A DNA stretch of 51,173 nucleotides from Eubacteriales bacterium. GTDB taxonomy: Bacteria > Bacillota > Clostridia > Oscillospirales > SIG627. Location: NCBI GenBank assembly GCA_045580105.1, contig JAZNNH010000043.1:1-51173 (forward strand), written 5' to 3'. The position numbers and the translations under genes are program-made. The notes under the pieces are model-generated. The model did not search any database. It saw nothing but the letters and a program-made list of their open reading frames with translations, and was not told the origin of the DNA. Numbering within the stretch: the first letter of the stretch is position 1; every line of letters begins with the position of its first letter. Below are positions 32,371-41,623 of the stretch, in pieces.

Positions 32371-34527
32371 TTACTCTTTAATATCACGCATGGTAAGCGA
32401 GATTTTTTTCATTTTCAGATCGACTCCGAGAACGGCAACCTTGACCTGATCTCCCACGCTGACCACCTCCGAGGGGTGGCGAACGAAGCGGTTGCAGAGC
32501 TTGGAAATGTGAACCAGACCATCCTGATGCACCCCAATGTCCACAAAGGCACCGAAGTCACAGACGTTTCGTACGGTTCCGATCAGAACCTGACCTTCTT
32601 TCAAGTCTTCCATGCTCAGCACGTCACTGCGAAGAAGGGGCTGCTCAAAATCGTCGCGTAGGTCGCGACCGGGTTTTTCCAGTTCTCGAATGATATCCTT
32701 CAGGGTTTCCGAGCCGATTCCCAGCTCCTGAGCCAATGTGGCAAGTCCTTCTTTTTGACACAAATCCTGAAAACCGGGGATTCCCTCGCGGGAAAGAGAG
32801 TGGGAATCAAAGCCGAATCGGGAAAGCAGGGCTTTTGCCGCCTCGTAGCTTTCCGGATGCACGCCGGTGTTATCCAAGGGCTCTTTCCCACCGGGCACGC
32901 GCAAAAAGCCGGCACACTGCTCATACGCCTTTGCTCCGATTTTCGGTACTTTTTTCACCTGACTGCGGCTTTCAAACGCACCGTTTTCTTCGCGATAGGC
33001 GACAATGTTCTTGGCGGCGGCTTTCGTGATGCCTGCCACGTAGGAAAGCAGCATATAGGAAGCGGTGTTCAAATCCACCCCTACGAGGTTGACACAGTTT
33101 TCCACCACGCCGGAAAGCGCTTCTTCCAGGCGCGCGGGTTTTAAATCGTGCTGGTATTGACCGACCCCGATGCTTCTGGGCTCGATTTTCACCAGCTCCG
33201 CCAAGGGATCCTGCAGACGGCGCGCAATGGAAATGGCACTGCGCAAGGTCACGTCGTAATCGGGAAACTCCTCCGCGCCCAAGGGCGAGGCGGAATAAAC
33301 GGAGGCACCGGATTCGGAAACCATCATATATTTAACGTTTAATTGATTTCGGCCAATGACCCCTGCGATGAAGATTTCACTTTCCTTGCTCGCCGTTCCG
33401 TTTCCGATGGCAATGGTATCCACACCCCATTTGCGAACGAGAGAAAGAACGATTTTTTCCGCTTCCTCAACTCTTTCCTGTGGCTTGGTGGGATAGATCA
33501 CCCCTTTGTCCAGCACTTTTCCTGTGGGGTTTACCACCGCAAGCTTGCAGCCGGTGCGGTATCCGGGGTCAAAGCCCAGAACGGTTTTTCCCTTAATGGG
33601 GGGACTAAGGAGAAGATTTTTCAAATTTTCACGGAAGAGCGAAAGCGCGCCTTCTCCTGCCTTGTCGGTCAGTTCCGTGCGCAGTTCGCGTTCTAAGGAC
33701 GGCGCGATCAGACGGCGGTAGCTGTCTTCCAGTGCCTCTTGCATCAAGGCGGCAAAATCCGCGCCGGGCTCGACCAAGCGGTTTTGCAAAAAGCTCAAAG
33801 GCAGATATTCATCCAAAACCAGAGAAACCTTTAAAAAGCCCCCTTTTTCTCCGCGGTTGGCCGCCAAAATGCGGTGTCCGGGGATTTTGTCCGCTTCCTG
33901 AGAAAAATCGGCGTACATACGGTAAACCCCCAGATCCTCTTCGGTGGCGGCCGTGCTTTGGAATTTCGCTTCTTTAAAGTAAATCTTTCGCAGTTCTCCG
34001 CGGATGGCGGCGTCGTCCGAAATATCCTCCGCTACGATATCCATCGCACCCTGCAGAGCATCTTCGACGGTGCACACTTCTTTTTCGGGGTCAACGTAGG
34101 CAAGCGCGGCGCTTTTGGGATCGACTCCGTTTTTTTCCTGACGGAACATCAGTTCCGCTAAGCCCTCCAGCCCCTTTTCTCTTGCCACGCTCGCGCGGGT
34201 CTTGCGCTTGGGACGGAAAGGGCGGTAAATGTCCTCGATCGTTGCGAGAATTTTTGCGTTTTCCAGAGCCAAGGCGATCTCCTCGGTCATTTTTCCTTGC
34301 TCTTCGATGGCAGAACGCACTTCTTCTCTGCGCTTTTCCAAGCCCCTTAAATACTCCAATCGCTCTGCGAATTGGCGCAAGGTCACGTCGTCCATGGCAC
34401 CCGTTTTTTCTTTGCGGTAACGCGCGATGAACGGAATGGTGTTGCCGTCATCCAGCAGTTCCGTCACGCTCTTTACGCGCTCTAAACTGATGCCAAGCTC
34501 TTCCGATAGACAAAGTAAGATATCCAT
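32371..34527 (-). CDS. tex: Tex-like transcription accessory protein (S1 RNA-binding)
   Basis: N-terminal TIPFIARYRKE, YqgF-like core, HhH, C-terminal S1 domain GTVRNVCDFGAFVDIGVHQDGLVHIS. Confidence 0.9.
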   Translation of the reverse strand: MDILLCLSEELGISLERVKSVTELLDDGNTIPFIARYRKEKTGAMDDVTLRQFAERLEYLRGLEKRREEVRSAIEEQGKMTEEIALALENAKILATIEDIYRPFRPKRKTRASVAREKGLEGLAELMFRQEKNGVDPKSAALAYVDPEKEVCTVEDALQGAMDIVAEDISDDAAIRGELRKIYFKEAKFQSTAATEEDLGVYRMYADFSQEADKIPGHRILAANRGEKGGFLKVSLVLDEYLPLSFLQNRLVEPGADFAALMQEALEDSYRRLIAPSLERELRTELTDKAGEGALSLFRENLKNLLLSPPIKGKTVLGFDPGYRTGCKLAVVNPTGKVLDKGVIYPTKPQERVEEAEKIVLSLVRKWGVDTIAIGNGTASKESEIFIAGVIGRNQLNVKYMMVSESGASVYSASPLGAEEFPDYDVTLRSAISIARRLQDPLAELVKIEPRSIGVGQYQHDLKPARLEEALSGVVENCVNLVGVDLNTASYMLLSYVAGITKAAAKNIVAYREENGAFESRSQVKKVPKIGAKAYEQCAGFLRVPGGKEPLDNTGVHPESYEAAKALLSRFGFDSHSLSREGIPGFQDLCQKEGLATLAQELGIGSETLKDIIRELEKPGRDLRDDFEQPLLRSDVLSMEDLKEGQVLIGTVRNVCDFGAFVDIGVHQDGLVHISKLCNRFVRHPSEVVSVGDQVKVAVLGVDLKMKKISLTMRDIKE

Positions 34528-34582
34528 AACTTCTCTCTTTCCGATGAAACTAATGTTATTGTACTGGAAACGGGTGGATTTT

Positions 34583-35695
34583 TCAAGGGGTGTTTTGGAG
34601 AAAATACGCCGACGTTAAGCCGATGATACGCGAATAGGAAACCGTTCCTTCGGCTTGCCCCATCGCTTTTAAGTAGGTGGAATTGGTTTTGTCAGCCACC
34701 TTGGAAGCGGTGCTGTTCCGATACGGCTCGAAAAAGCGGTTGTACGCCGCAAAGTCCCGCAGAAGAACGGGGTCCGTTTCGGCAAGAATTTGCGAGGTGC
34801 GCGCGGCATCCATCTTTTTGCAAAGGGAAATAAAATCGTCAATGACAAAGGCGGCGCCGCAGTAGCGCAGATACGCCGAATCCGATTCCATCAGAAGAAC
34901 CGCCGCCAAAAAATTACATTCGTTTTCCGGCGCGATACCGCGGGCGTGGCAGGTTTCGTGTGCCAGTGTGGCGGTCACGATGAAATGGGGATAGTTGGTG
35001 TTCACGTTCGCTTCCCCCGTGAAAAAGCCGTATACACCCGATAGATGCGTATAGGTCATCAGCGGGGAGACGAGAAAGGATTTGGCGGCAAAGCCGCGAT
35101 TCTGATAAAAGGGGTGGGCGTTGCCGAATCGGTCTGCCGCCGACACCACCTGCTGCTTGATTTTCGTGAAATCCTCGGATGGGGTGCTTTCTCCGTTTTC
35201 ATTCAAGGAAAGCGCGGGCGCGGCATCGTTGACCACCTTGCAAAGGGATTCGAGGGCAAAGAATACGGCGGGCTCATCCACCGCATCAAGGTCTAAGTCC
35301 ATGTTTTGCGCAGTTGAAATGCGAAAATAACAAGGGCCGAAGGTCAAGGAAAACAGATCGACCACCGTCACGAGCGTTAAGACAACGGCAAGGGCACAGC
35401 GGCTCAGATGCTTGGGAGCGGCACTCTTTTTTATTTTGGCAATCAACGCGCGGATCGCAAGGGAAAAAACGAAAAGCACGAACAAAGAAAACAGGGCAAT
35501 CGAAAGTTCAAACAGCGAAAAGGGAAGAGGAGAAGTGATCGCGGCAAGCAAAAAGCGGAAAAAGGCGGCAGGGCCGGTGGAAAACCACTCGGCAAAGCCG
35601 ACCGAACAGCGGCAAATGAAAAGAAGCGCAAGACAGAGAAGAGATGCGGAAAAAAAGCCCCAAAGATACGGATGCTTTTGTACGGTTTGCTTCAT
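34583..35695 (-). CDS. DUF3810 family membrane metalloprotease-like protein
   Basis: N-terminal TMs and HETCH (HExxH) followed by ENECNF; start trimmed to MKQTVQ behind SD gggggagg. Confidence 0.7.
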   Translation of the reverse strand: MKQTVQKHPYLWGFFSASLLCLALLFICRCSVGFAEWFSTGPAAFFRFLLAAITSPLPFSLFELSIALFSLFVLFVFSLAIRALIAKIKKSAAPKHLSRCALAVVLTLVTVVDLFSLTFGPCYFRISTAQNMDLDLDAVDEPAVFFALESLCKVVNDAAPALSLNENGESTPSEDFTKIKQQVVSAADRFGNAHPFYQNRGFAAKSFLVSPLMTYTHLSGVYGFFTGEANVNTNYPHFIVTATLAHETCHARGIAPENECNFLAAVLLMESDSAYLRYCGAAFVIDDFISLCKKMDAARTSQILAETDPVLLRDFAAYNRFFEPYRNSTASKVADKTNSTYLKAMGQAEGTVSYSRIIGLTSAYFLQNTP

Positions 35696-35801
35696 CGGAT
35701 TTACCCTCCCCCTTTTTTCTTCTATTGTATTATAAAAAGGGGCTCGTTTCAAGGTTTTTTTCCGCACGGTAAAAGAGAAAAAATATTTTTTGCAAAAAGA
35801 C

Positions 35802-35830
35802 TTGACAAACGAAATAATATTTGTTATGAT
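35802..35830 (+). promoter_or_regulatory. promoter of the ABC transporter operon
   Basis: TTGACA (35802-35807), 17 nt spacer, TATGAT (35825-35830). Confidence 0.65.
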
Positions 35831-35893
35831 TGCTTCACTGATTTAGCACACTAAATCGAAAAAACATTAACACAGTGAAAAGAGGAAATCATC

Positions 35894-36691
35894 ATGAAAA
35901 AAATTCTTGCCCTTGCCTTGGCAGCTTTGATGCTGTTTTCTACCGTGGCTGTTTTGTCTTCTTGCAGCAAAGACGAAAACGTGGTTGTCGTCGGTTACAC
36001 CATTTACGAGCCGATGAACTACAAAGATGAAAGCGGAAAACTGGTTGGCTTTGATACCGAACTTGCTGAAAAAGTATTTGGCAACCTCGGTTACAAAGTT
36101 ATGTTCCAAGAAATCAAATGGGAAAACAAGTACACCGACCTCAACTCCGGCGCGATTGATTGCGTTTGGAACGGCTTTACCTGCAACACCAGCGATGACG
36201 ACGGTGTGAAGCGCAGCGATAAGGTTGATTTTTCCTACAACTATATGGAAAACAAACAGGTTGTCGTTGTTAAGAAAGATTCCGGTATTGCAAAAGCAGA
36301 AGATCTGAAGGATAAGATGGTTTCTGCAGAAAAAGGTTCTGCCGGCGAATCCTACGCTACCGATACCTTTGAAGGTGCTACCGTGAAGGGCTTTACCAAG
36401 CAGACCGACTGCCTGTTCGAAGTGAACGCAGGCACGGCAGACGCCGCTGTTCTGGATGCTCAGCTTGCCAAGAGCTACGTTGGTAAGGGCGATTACAAGG
36501 ATCTTACCATCCTTGAAGATCTTTCCAGCGAAGTAGAATACTATGCCATCGGCTTCAAGAAGGGCAGTGAATTGACCGCAAAGGTAAACGCACAGCTGGA
36601 AGCGCTCGGCAAAGACGGAACCATCAAGACCTTGGCTGAAAAATACGGTGTTGCCAACACAGCCATCACTGATTTTTCCGAACAGAAATAA
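35894..36691 (+). CDS. amino acid ABC transporter substrate-binding lipoprotein
   Basis: signal peptide with lipobox LSSC; family-3 SBP features (GFDTELAEKV, WNGFT). Confidence 0.85.
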   Translation: MKKILALALAALMLFSTVAVLSSCSKDENVVVVGYTIYEPMNYKDESGKLVGFDTELAEKVFGNLGYKVMFQEIKWENKYTDLNSGAIDCVWNGFTCNTSDDDGVKRSDKVDFSYNYMENKQVVVVKKDSGIAKAEDLKDKMVSAEKGSAGESYATDTFEGATVKGFTKQTDCLFEVNAGTADAAVLDAQLAKSYVGKGDYKDLTILEDLSSEVEYYAIGFKKGSELTAKVNAQLEALGKDGTIKTLAEKYGVANTAITDFSEQK

Positions 36692-36715
36692 GGACTGAGC
36701 CAACAGGAGTTTTGA

Positions 36716-37408
36716 ATGACCTTTTTCGAAGTAACATCATTCCTATTTGATGGCTTCAAGATATCATTGCTCATTTTTGCGGTGACGCTGCTTTGCGGCG
36801 CACCGCTTGGCTTGCCTATAGCCCTTTGTTCGATGAGCCGATTTCGCCCCATCAAATACCTTGCAAGAGTGTTTGTTTGGATCATTCGAGGCGTGCCCTT
36901 GATGCTCCAGATTTTTATTATTTTCTATCTGCCGGGACTTCTTTTTAAGACCCCGGTTTTCAGTTTGCTTGACCGTTGGGCCATTGGCTACGGCATTCAG
37001 GATGCGGGCCGCGTGATTGCGGTGATGATCGCTTTCATCATCAACTACGCCTGCTATTTTTCTGAAATTTACCGTGGCGGGATTGAGAGCATTTCGCAAG
37101 GGCAGTATGAGGCAGGTTACGTGCTGGGACTGACCAAGCGTCAGGTGTTTTTCCATATCGTTCTCAAGCAGGTGATCAAGCGCATCGTGCCCCCGATGTC
37201 CAACGAGATCATCACCTTGATCAAGGATACGGCGCTTGCCAACAGTATTATGGTCGGGGAAATCATCAAAAAAGCATACGAATTGGCAGCCGAACAAGCC
37301 ATCATCTGGCCGCTGTTTTACACCGGAGCATTTTATCTTCTTTTCGTTGGTTTTCTTACCATTGTGCTGGGTAAAGTCGAGAAGAAGTTATCTTACTTCA
37401 AGGCGTGA
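36716..37408 (+). CDS. amino acid ABC transporter permease
   Basis: HisM/GlnP-type permease; EAA-like loop QYEAGYVLGLTKRQVFFHIVLKQ. Confidence 0.85.
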   Translation: MTFFEVTSFLFDGFKISLLIFAVTLLCGAPLGLPIALCSMSRFRPIKYLARVFVWIIRGVPLMLQIFIIFYLPGLLFKTPVFSLLDRWAIGYGIQDAGRVIAVMIAFIINYACYFSEIYRGGIESISQGQYEAGYVLGLTKRQVFFHIVLKQVIKRIVPPMSNEIITLIKDTALANSIMVGEIIKKAYELAAEQAIIWPLFYTGAFYLLFVGFLTIVLGKVEKKLSYFKA

Positions 37409-37419
37409 AGGAGGGCAGT

Positions 37420-38202
37420 ATGGCATATTTTGAAGTGAAAAACGTTTCCAAAAAATTCGGTAAAACCGAAGTGCTTCGCGGCATCGATTTTTCGATGGAA
37501 AAAGGACAGGTGGTTTCGATCATCGGTTCCTCGGGAAGCGGAAAAACTACGCTCCTGCGCTGCATCAACTTCCTTTGCGATCCCGATTCGGGCAAGTTCT
37601 ATCTGGACGGTGATCTTCTCTTTGAAGCGACCCAAGGACAGGATTTGAACGATGCGCAGATTCGCCAAAAGAGAAAGAATTTCGGACTGGTGTTCCAGCA
37701 GTTCAATCTCTTTCCGCAGTATAGCGTGAAGGAAAACCTTTGTCTTGCTCCCCGCCTTTTGGCAAAGGAGAGAGAAGATTTTAAGGAAAAGAAAAAAGAA
37801 ATCTTTGCGCAGATCGACGCCCACGCAGACGAGCTTTTGGAGCAGGTGGGTCTGACGGAAAAAGCCAACAGTTACCCCTGCGAGCTTTCCGGCGGTCAGC
37901 AGCAACGAGTTGCCATCGCCCGCGCGCTGATGCTGCAGCCCAAGATCCTTTGCTTTGATGAACCCACCAGTGCCTTGGATCCGGAATTGACCGGCGAAGT
38001 GCTTCGCGTGCTCAAGGAACTGGCACAGAAAAAGATCACGATGATCATCGTCACCCACGAAATGAATTTCGCCAGAGAAATCAGCGATAAGATCGTCTTT
38101 ATGGCAGACGGGGTCATTGCCGAGGAAGGGGATCCGGAAACCTTGTTTTCGCATCCGAAATCTCCTCGCTTGCAAGCGTTTCTTGCCAAAACCGAAGGAT
38201 GA
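37420..38202 (+). CDS. amino acid ABC transporter ATP-binding protein
   Basis: Walker A GSSGSGKTT, signature LSGGQQQRVAIARAL, Walker B LCFDEPTSALD; start trimmed to MAYFEV behind gaaggagg. Confidence 0.9.
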   Translation: MAYFEVKNVSKKFGKTEVLRGIDFSMEKGQVVSIIGSSGSGKTTLLRCINFLCDPDSGKFYLDGDLLFEATQGQDLNDAQIRQKRKNFGLVFQQFNLFPQYSVKENLCLAPRLLAKEREDFKEKKKEIFAQIDAHADELLEQVGLTEKANSYPCELSGGQQQRVAIARALMLQPKILCFDEPTSALDPELTGEVLRVLKELAQKKITMIIVTHEMNFAREISDKIVFMADGVIAEEGDPETLFSHPKSPRLQAFLAKTEG

Positions 38203-38206
38203 ACCA

Positions 38207-38233
38207 AACCCGACCGAAATCGGTCGGGTTTTT
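38207..38233 (+). terminator. intrinsic terminator
   Basis: AACCCGACCG-aaat-CGGTCGGGTT followed by a T-run. Confidence 0.8.
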
Positions 38234-38317
38234 CTTATGTTTTATGTTCGGATGAATTTGCAAAAATGACGGGACTGTGATAAAATCGGAGAAAGAAAAC
38301 GAAAAAGGGGAAACGCG

Positions 38318-41300
38318 ATGTTTTACCGAGTGTTCGGAGCCATCGGAAGCGGCAAAAAAGAAGTACTTCTGAATCTGGCAAAAAAAGCATATCAGAACGG
38401 GGAAAAGGTGTTTTGGATCGTTCCCGAGCAGGCAAGCGCCGGATACGAGCGCCTTTTGACGCAAGAGCTGGGACCCGGTGTCAGTACTTTGGTCGAGGTC
38501 TGCAATTTTTCTCGTTTGTCCAACGTGGTGCTGCGTAGCTACGGAAAACTAGCACAAAGAAGCGTGACCGAAGAGGAAAAGAAGCTCCTTTTATTCCGCA
38601 CGCTCTCGGAGAAAAAAGACGCGCTTCGCCATTTTTCATTCCGCCGCGATCCGGAATCGGTCGATGCGATTTATCACGAACTGGAAGAGGCGAGATTGGC
38701 GGGTTTGGATGCCGATGCCCTGCGAGATCTCATTCGGCAAGATTTTTTGCAGGAAGATCTGAAAGAAAAGCTGGTGGAGCTGTATTGGGTGCAAGAGAGC
38801 TTTGACAAAGCCATCCAAGAAAAGTTCAGCGATCCGCTGGAAGAAGAAATGCGCCTTGCCGGTATTTTGCAAGAATACAATTTCTTTTCGGGATCTACCG
38901 TGCTTTTGGACGGATTTTGGGATTTCACCGCTCCGCAAGAGGCGCTCATCCGTCGCTTTCTCTCGCAAGCGAAGACCGTTGCCATCTCCTTTGTCGGAAC
39001 CAAAAAAGAAACGGTTCTGTTTGAAAAAACACTGCGCTGTGCCCGCCGCCTGCTTCGTTTTGCGCGCGAGGCGGGAGTCGAGGTAGAGGATATTACCGTG
39101 GAAGAAGAGCCCGACGCTTCGCCGCTTGGCTTTTTAAAGGCGCATATGGCCGATGGCATCGGCACGTTCCGCGGCGAGGTGAAAGCACTTTCCTTGACGT
39201 CCTGCCCGACCCCCTCCGATCAGGCAAGCTTTGTGGCGGAAACGATTTTGAAAAAAGTCAAAGAAGGGGCAAGATGGAAGGATTTTGCGATTCTTTCCCG
39301 CACAAACGGGGATCAGGAACGAATGATTTTAACCTTGCAGGAAGCGGGAATTCCCGTGTTTGCCGAGGAAAAAAAGAGTTTGGAAACCTCCCCGCTTGCG
39401 ACCACCCTTTTGCTGGGAACGCGCATTGCCTCGCTCTATGCAAAGGAAGACGTGGTGCGGGAGTATTTGAAGTGTGGCTTGATTTTAAGTCCCCAAGAGG
39501 ATTTGTTCCTCTTGGAAAAATATATTGCGACTTGGTCCCTTTCCGGTCGCGCTCTGTTGGACGGAAAGGACTTTGTGATGAATCCGGAGGGCTATTTTGC
39601 CCTCGATTCGGTTCAAACGCAGGAATTGGAGCGGGTCAACGCTGCCAAAAAGCATGTGTTTGATCCCCTGCGCCGCCTTTCGTTTGCGCTGAGCGCCGGA
39701 ACCAATGAAGAGAAAGTCACTTCTCTTGTTTCGTTTTTGGTGGAGATCGGGGCGGAAAAACTGCTTCACGATCAAATTTCCGCTTCGCAGAAAAAAGGGC
39801 GCTTTGAGGAAGCGGGAGAGCTGGTTCGGATGTGGAACTGCGTGTTGGAACGGCTCTCGGGGATCGGGCGCACCTGCGGACAAAAAGAGGATACTGCCGA
39901 GGGATTTTTCGCCCTTTTGACGCTGGCACTGTCCGGCGATTTGCCGGGATCGGTTCCGCCCGGACAGGATCAGGTGCTTTTGTCACAACTGAGCTTTGCG
40001 CGCCCCGAGGAGGCAAAATACGTCTTTCTGACCGATTTGAACGCGGGTGTGTTCCCCGAAATCCCTGCGAAAGGAACGCTTTTTTCCGAGGAAGACAGGG
40101 AAGCGCTCAGTGACTGCGGGTATCTGTTTTCCTTCGGGGATCGGGCGCAGAATGAAGAACTGTTTTACTTTTATCTTGCCACCGGCTTTGCCAAATCCGA
40201 GTTTTTCCTGTCGTATCTGACCGGCTCGGACGGTCAGGGCGGACAGGGCTCGCTTTCGGTGTTCGGCAAGCGCGTCAAATCCTTGTTCCCCGATTTGAAG
40301 GAAAGGGAATACCGCAAAGAAAACGCGATGCCGCGGACCCGTCACGACGCGTTTTCCTATCTTCTGTCCCACGCAGGAAAAGAGGATGCGCTGTCGAGAA
40401 AATTAGTGGAATATTTTTCTGAAACGAAGGAAGACCGAGCCCGCCTGCTCTCTGCCTTGTCGGGCAAGGTCTACGGCGGCGATCACGCCTTTCTTTCCGA
40501 GGAAAAGCCGTATGAAAACCGCGATATTTCCATGACCTATTCCCGATTGGAAACCTATTCGCGCTGTCGTTTTTCCTATTTTTCGCGCTATCTTTTGGAG
40601 GCGCGCGCCCAAGGAAAAGCGCGGTTCGGTGCGAACATTACCGGCTCGTTTGTGCATCGGGTTTTGGAAACGGTGCTTGCTTTGTTGCGAGAAGAAAAGC
40701 GGCAGTTAAAAGACCTTACGGCTTCGGAGCTTGCCGCGCGCAATATGCGCGCCTGCGCCGCGGCGGTTTCGGAGATTATGGGAGATCAGCCCATTTCTCC
40801 CGAAATTCGGATTCGTCTGCGCCAAGTGGAGCGCAGTACGCTTTTGATTTTGAAAAATTTGCAGAAAGAATTCAGCGTTTCTTCCTTTGAACCGGTTTTC
40901 TTTGAAAAAGAATTGACGGATTTGGGCGGAGCATATCAGCTCCCGCTTCCCGACGGAACGCGGCTTTGCCTTTACGGCACCATTGACCGCGTGGATCGCT
41001 TTACGGATGCCGACGGCAAGGAATATATCCGCGTGGTGGACTATAAAACCGGCTCTCAAACGTTCCGTTTGGAGGACGTGGCGAACGGGCTGGATTTGCA
41101 GATGCTTTTGTATTTGTTTGCCCTTTGGGGACGGCCCTTGACCCCGGAAAGCCGTCACGGCGCGTTGCCGGCGGGTATTTTATATCTAAGCGGAATGGGA
41201 TCTTCCGTTTTGTGCGAGAATACAAGCGATTTGAAAAAAGCGGAAGAAATGCCCTTTTTCGGTCTGTCACGGGAAGGACTTGTGGTGGATGATAAAACCT

Positions 41301-41623
41301 TGCTTTCCGCGCAGGACCCCGACGGCAACGGAGAATGGATTCCCGTTGCTTGGAATCACTTGACGGCAAGCGGAAAGAGAGCGCTTGTTTCCTTGGAAAA
41401 ACTGGGTCGATTAAAGCAGAAGGTGGAATCGGACTTCGTTCGCTTGGCAAGCCGGCTGAAAGCGGGTCAAGTGGAAACCAATCCGCTTTATTCCGCCGCC
41501 AAAAAAATAGATCCTTGTCTGTATTGTGACCATCTTCCCATTTGCAAACGAACGCCGGAGTGTCGCAGGGCGTACCGAACGAGCGTTACCGAAGAAGAAA
41601 TATTCGGAAAGGAGGAAATGTGA
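38318..41623 (+). CDS. addB: helicase-nuclease AddAB subunit B
   Basis: 1101 aa; N-terminal GAIGSGKK; C-terminal nuclease with Fe-S cysteines (CRFSYFSRY ... DPCLYCDHLPICK). Confidence 0.9.
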   Translation: MFYRVFGAIGSGKKEVLLNLAKKAYQNGEKVFWIVPEQASAGYERLLTQELGPGVSTLVEVCNFSRLSNVVLRSYGKLAQRSVTEEEKKLLLFRTLSEKKDALRHFSFRRDPESVDAIYHELEEARLAGLDADALRDLIRQDFLQEDLKEKLVELYWVQESFDKAIQEKFSDPLEEEMRLAGILQEYNFFSGSTVLLDGFWDFTAPQEALIRRFLSQAKTVAISFVGTKKETVLFEKTLRCARRLLRFAREAGVEVEDITVEEEPDASPLGFLKAHMADGIGTFRGEVKALSLTSCPTPSDQASFVAETILKKVKEGARWKDFAILSRTNGDQERMILTLQEAGIPVFAEEKKSLETSPLATTLLLGTRIASLYAKEDVVREYLKCGLILSPQEDLFLLEKYIATWSLSGRALLDGKDFVMNPEGYFALDSVQTQELERVNAAKKHVFDPLRRLSFALSAGTNEEKVTSLVSFLVEIGAEKLLHDQISASQKKGRFEEAGELVRMWNCVLERLSGIGRTCGQKEDTAEGFFALLTLALSGDLPGSVPPGQDQVLLSQLSFARPEEAKYVFLTDLNAGVFPEIPAKGTLFSEEDREALSDCGYLFSFGDRAQNEELFYFYLATGFAKSEFFLSYLTGSDGQGGQGSLSVFGKRVKSLFPDLKEREYRKENAMPRTRHDAFSYLLSHAGKEDALSRKLVEYFSETKEDRARLLSALSGKVYGGDHAFLSEEKPYENRDISMTYSRLETYSRCRFSYFSRYLLEARAQGKARFGANITGSFVHRVLETVLALLREEKRQLKDLTASELAARNMRACAAAVSEIMGDQPISPEIRIRLRQVERSTLLILKNLQKEFSVSSFEPVFFEKELTDLGGAYQLPLPDGTRLCLYGTIDRVDRFTDADGKEYIRVVDYKTGSQTFRLEDVANGLDLQMLLYLFALWGRPLTPESRHGALPAGILYLSGMGSSVLCENTSDLKKAEEMPFFGLSREGLVVDDKTLLSAQDPDGNGEWIPVAWNHLTASGKRALVSLEKLGRLKQKVESDFVRLASRLKAGQVETNPLYSAAKKIDPCLYCDHLPICKRTPECRRAYRTSVTEEEIFGKEEM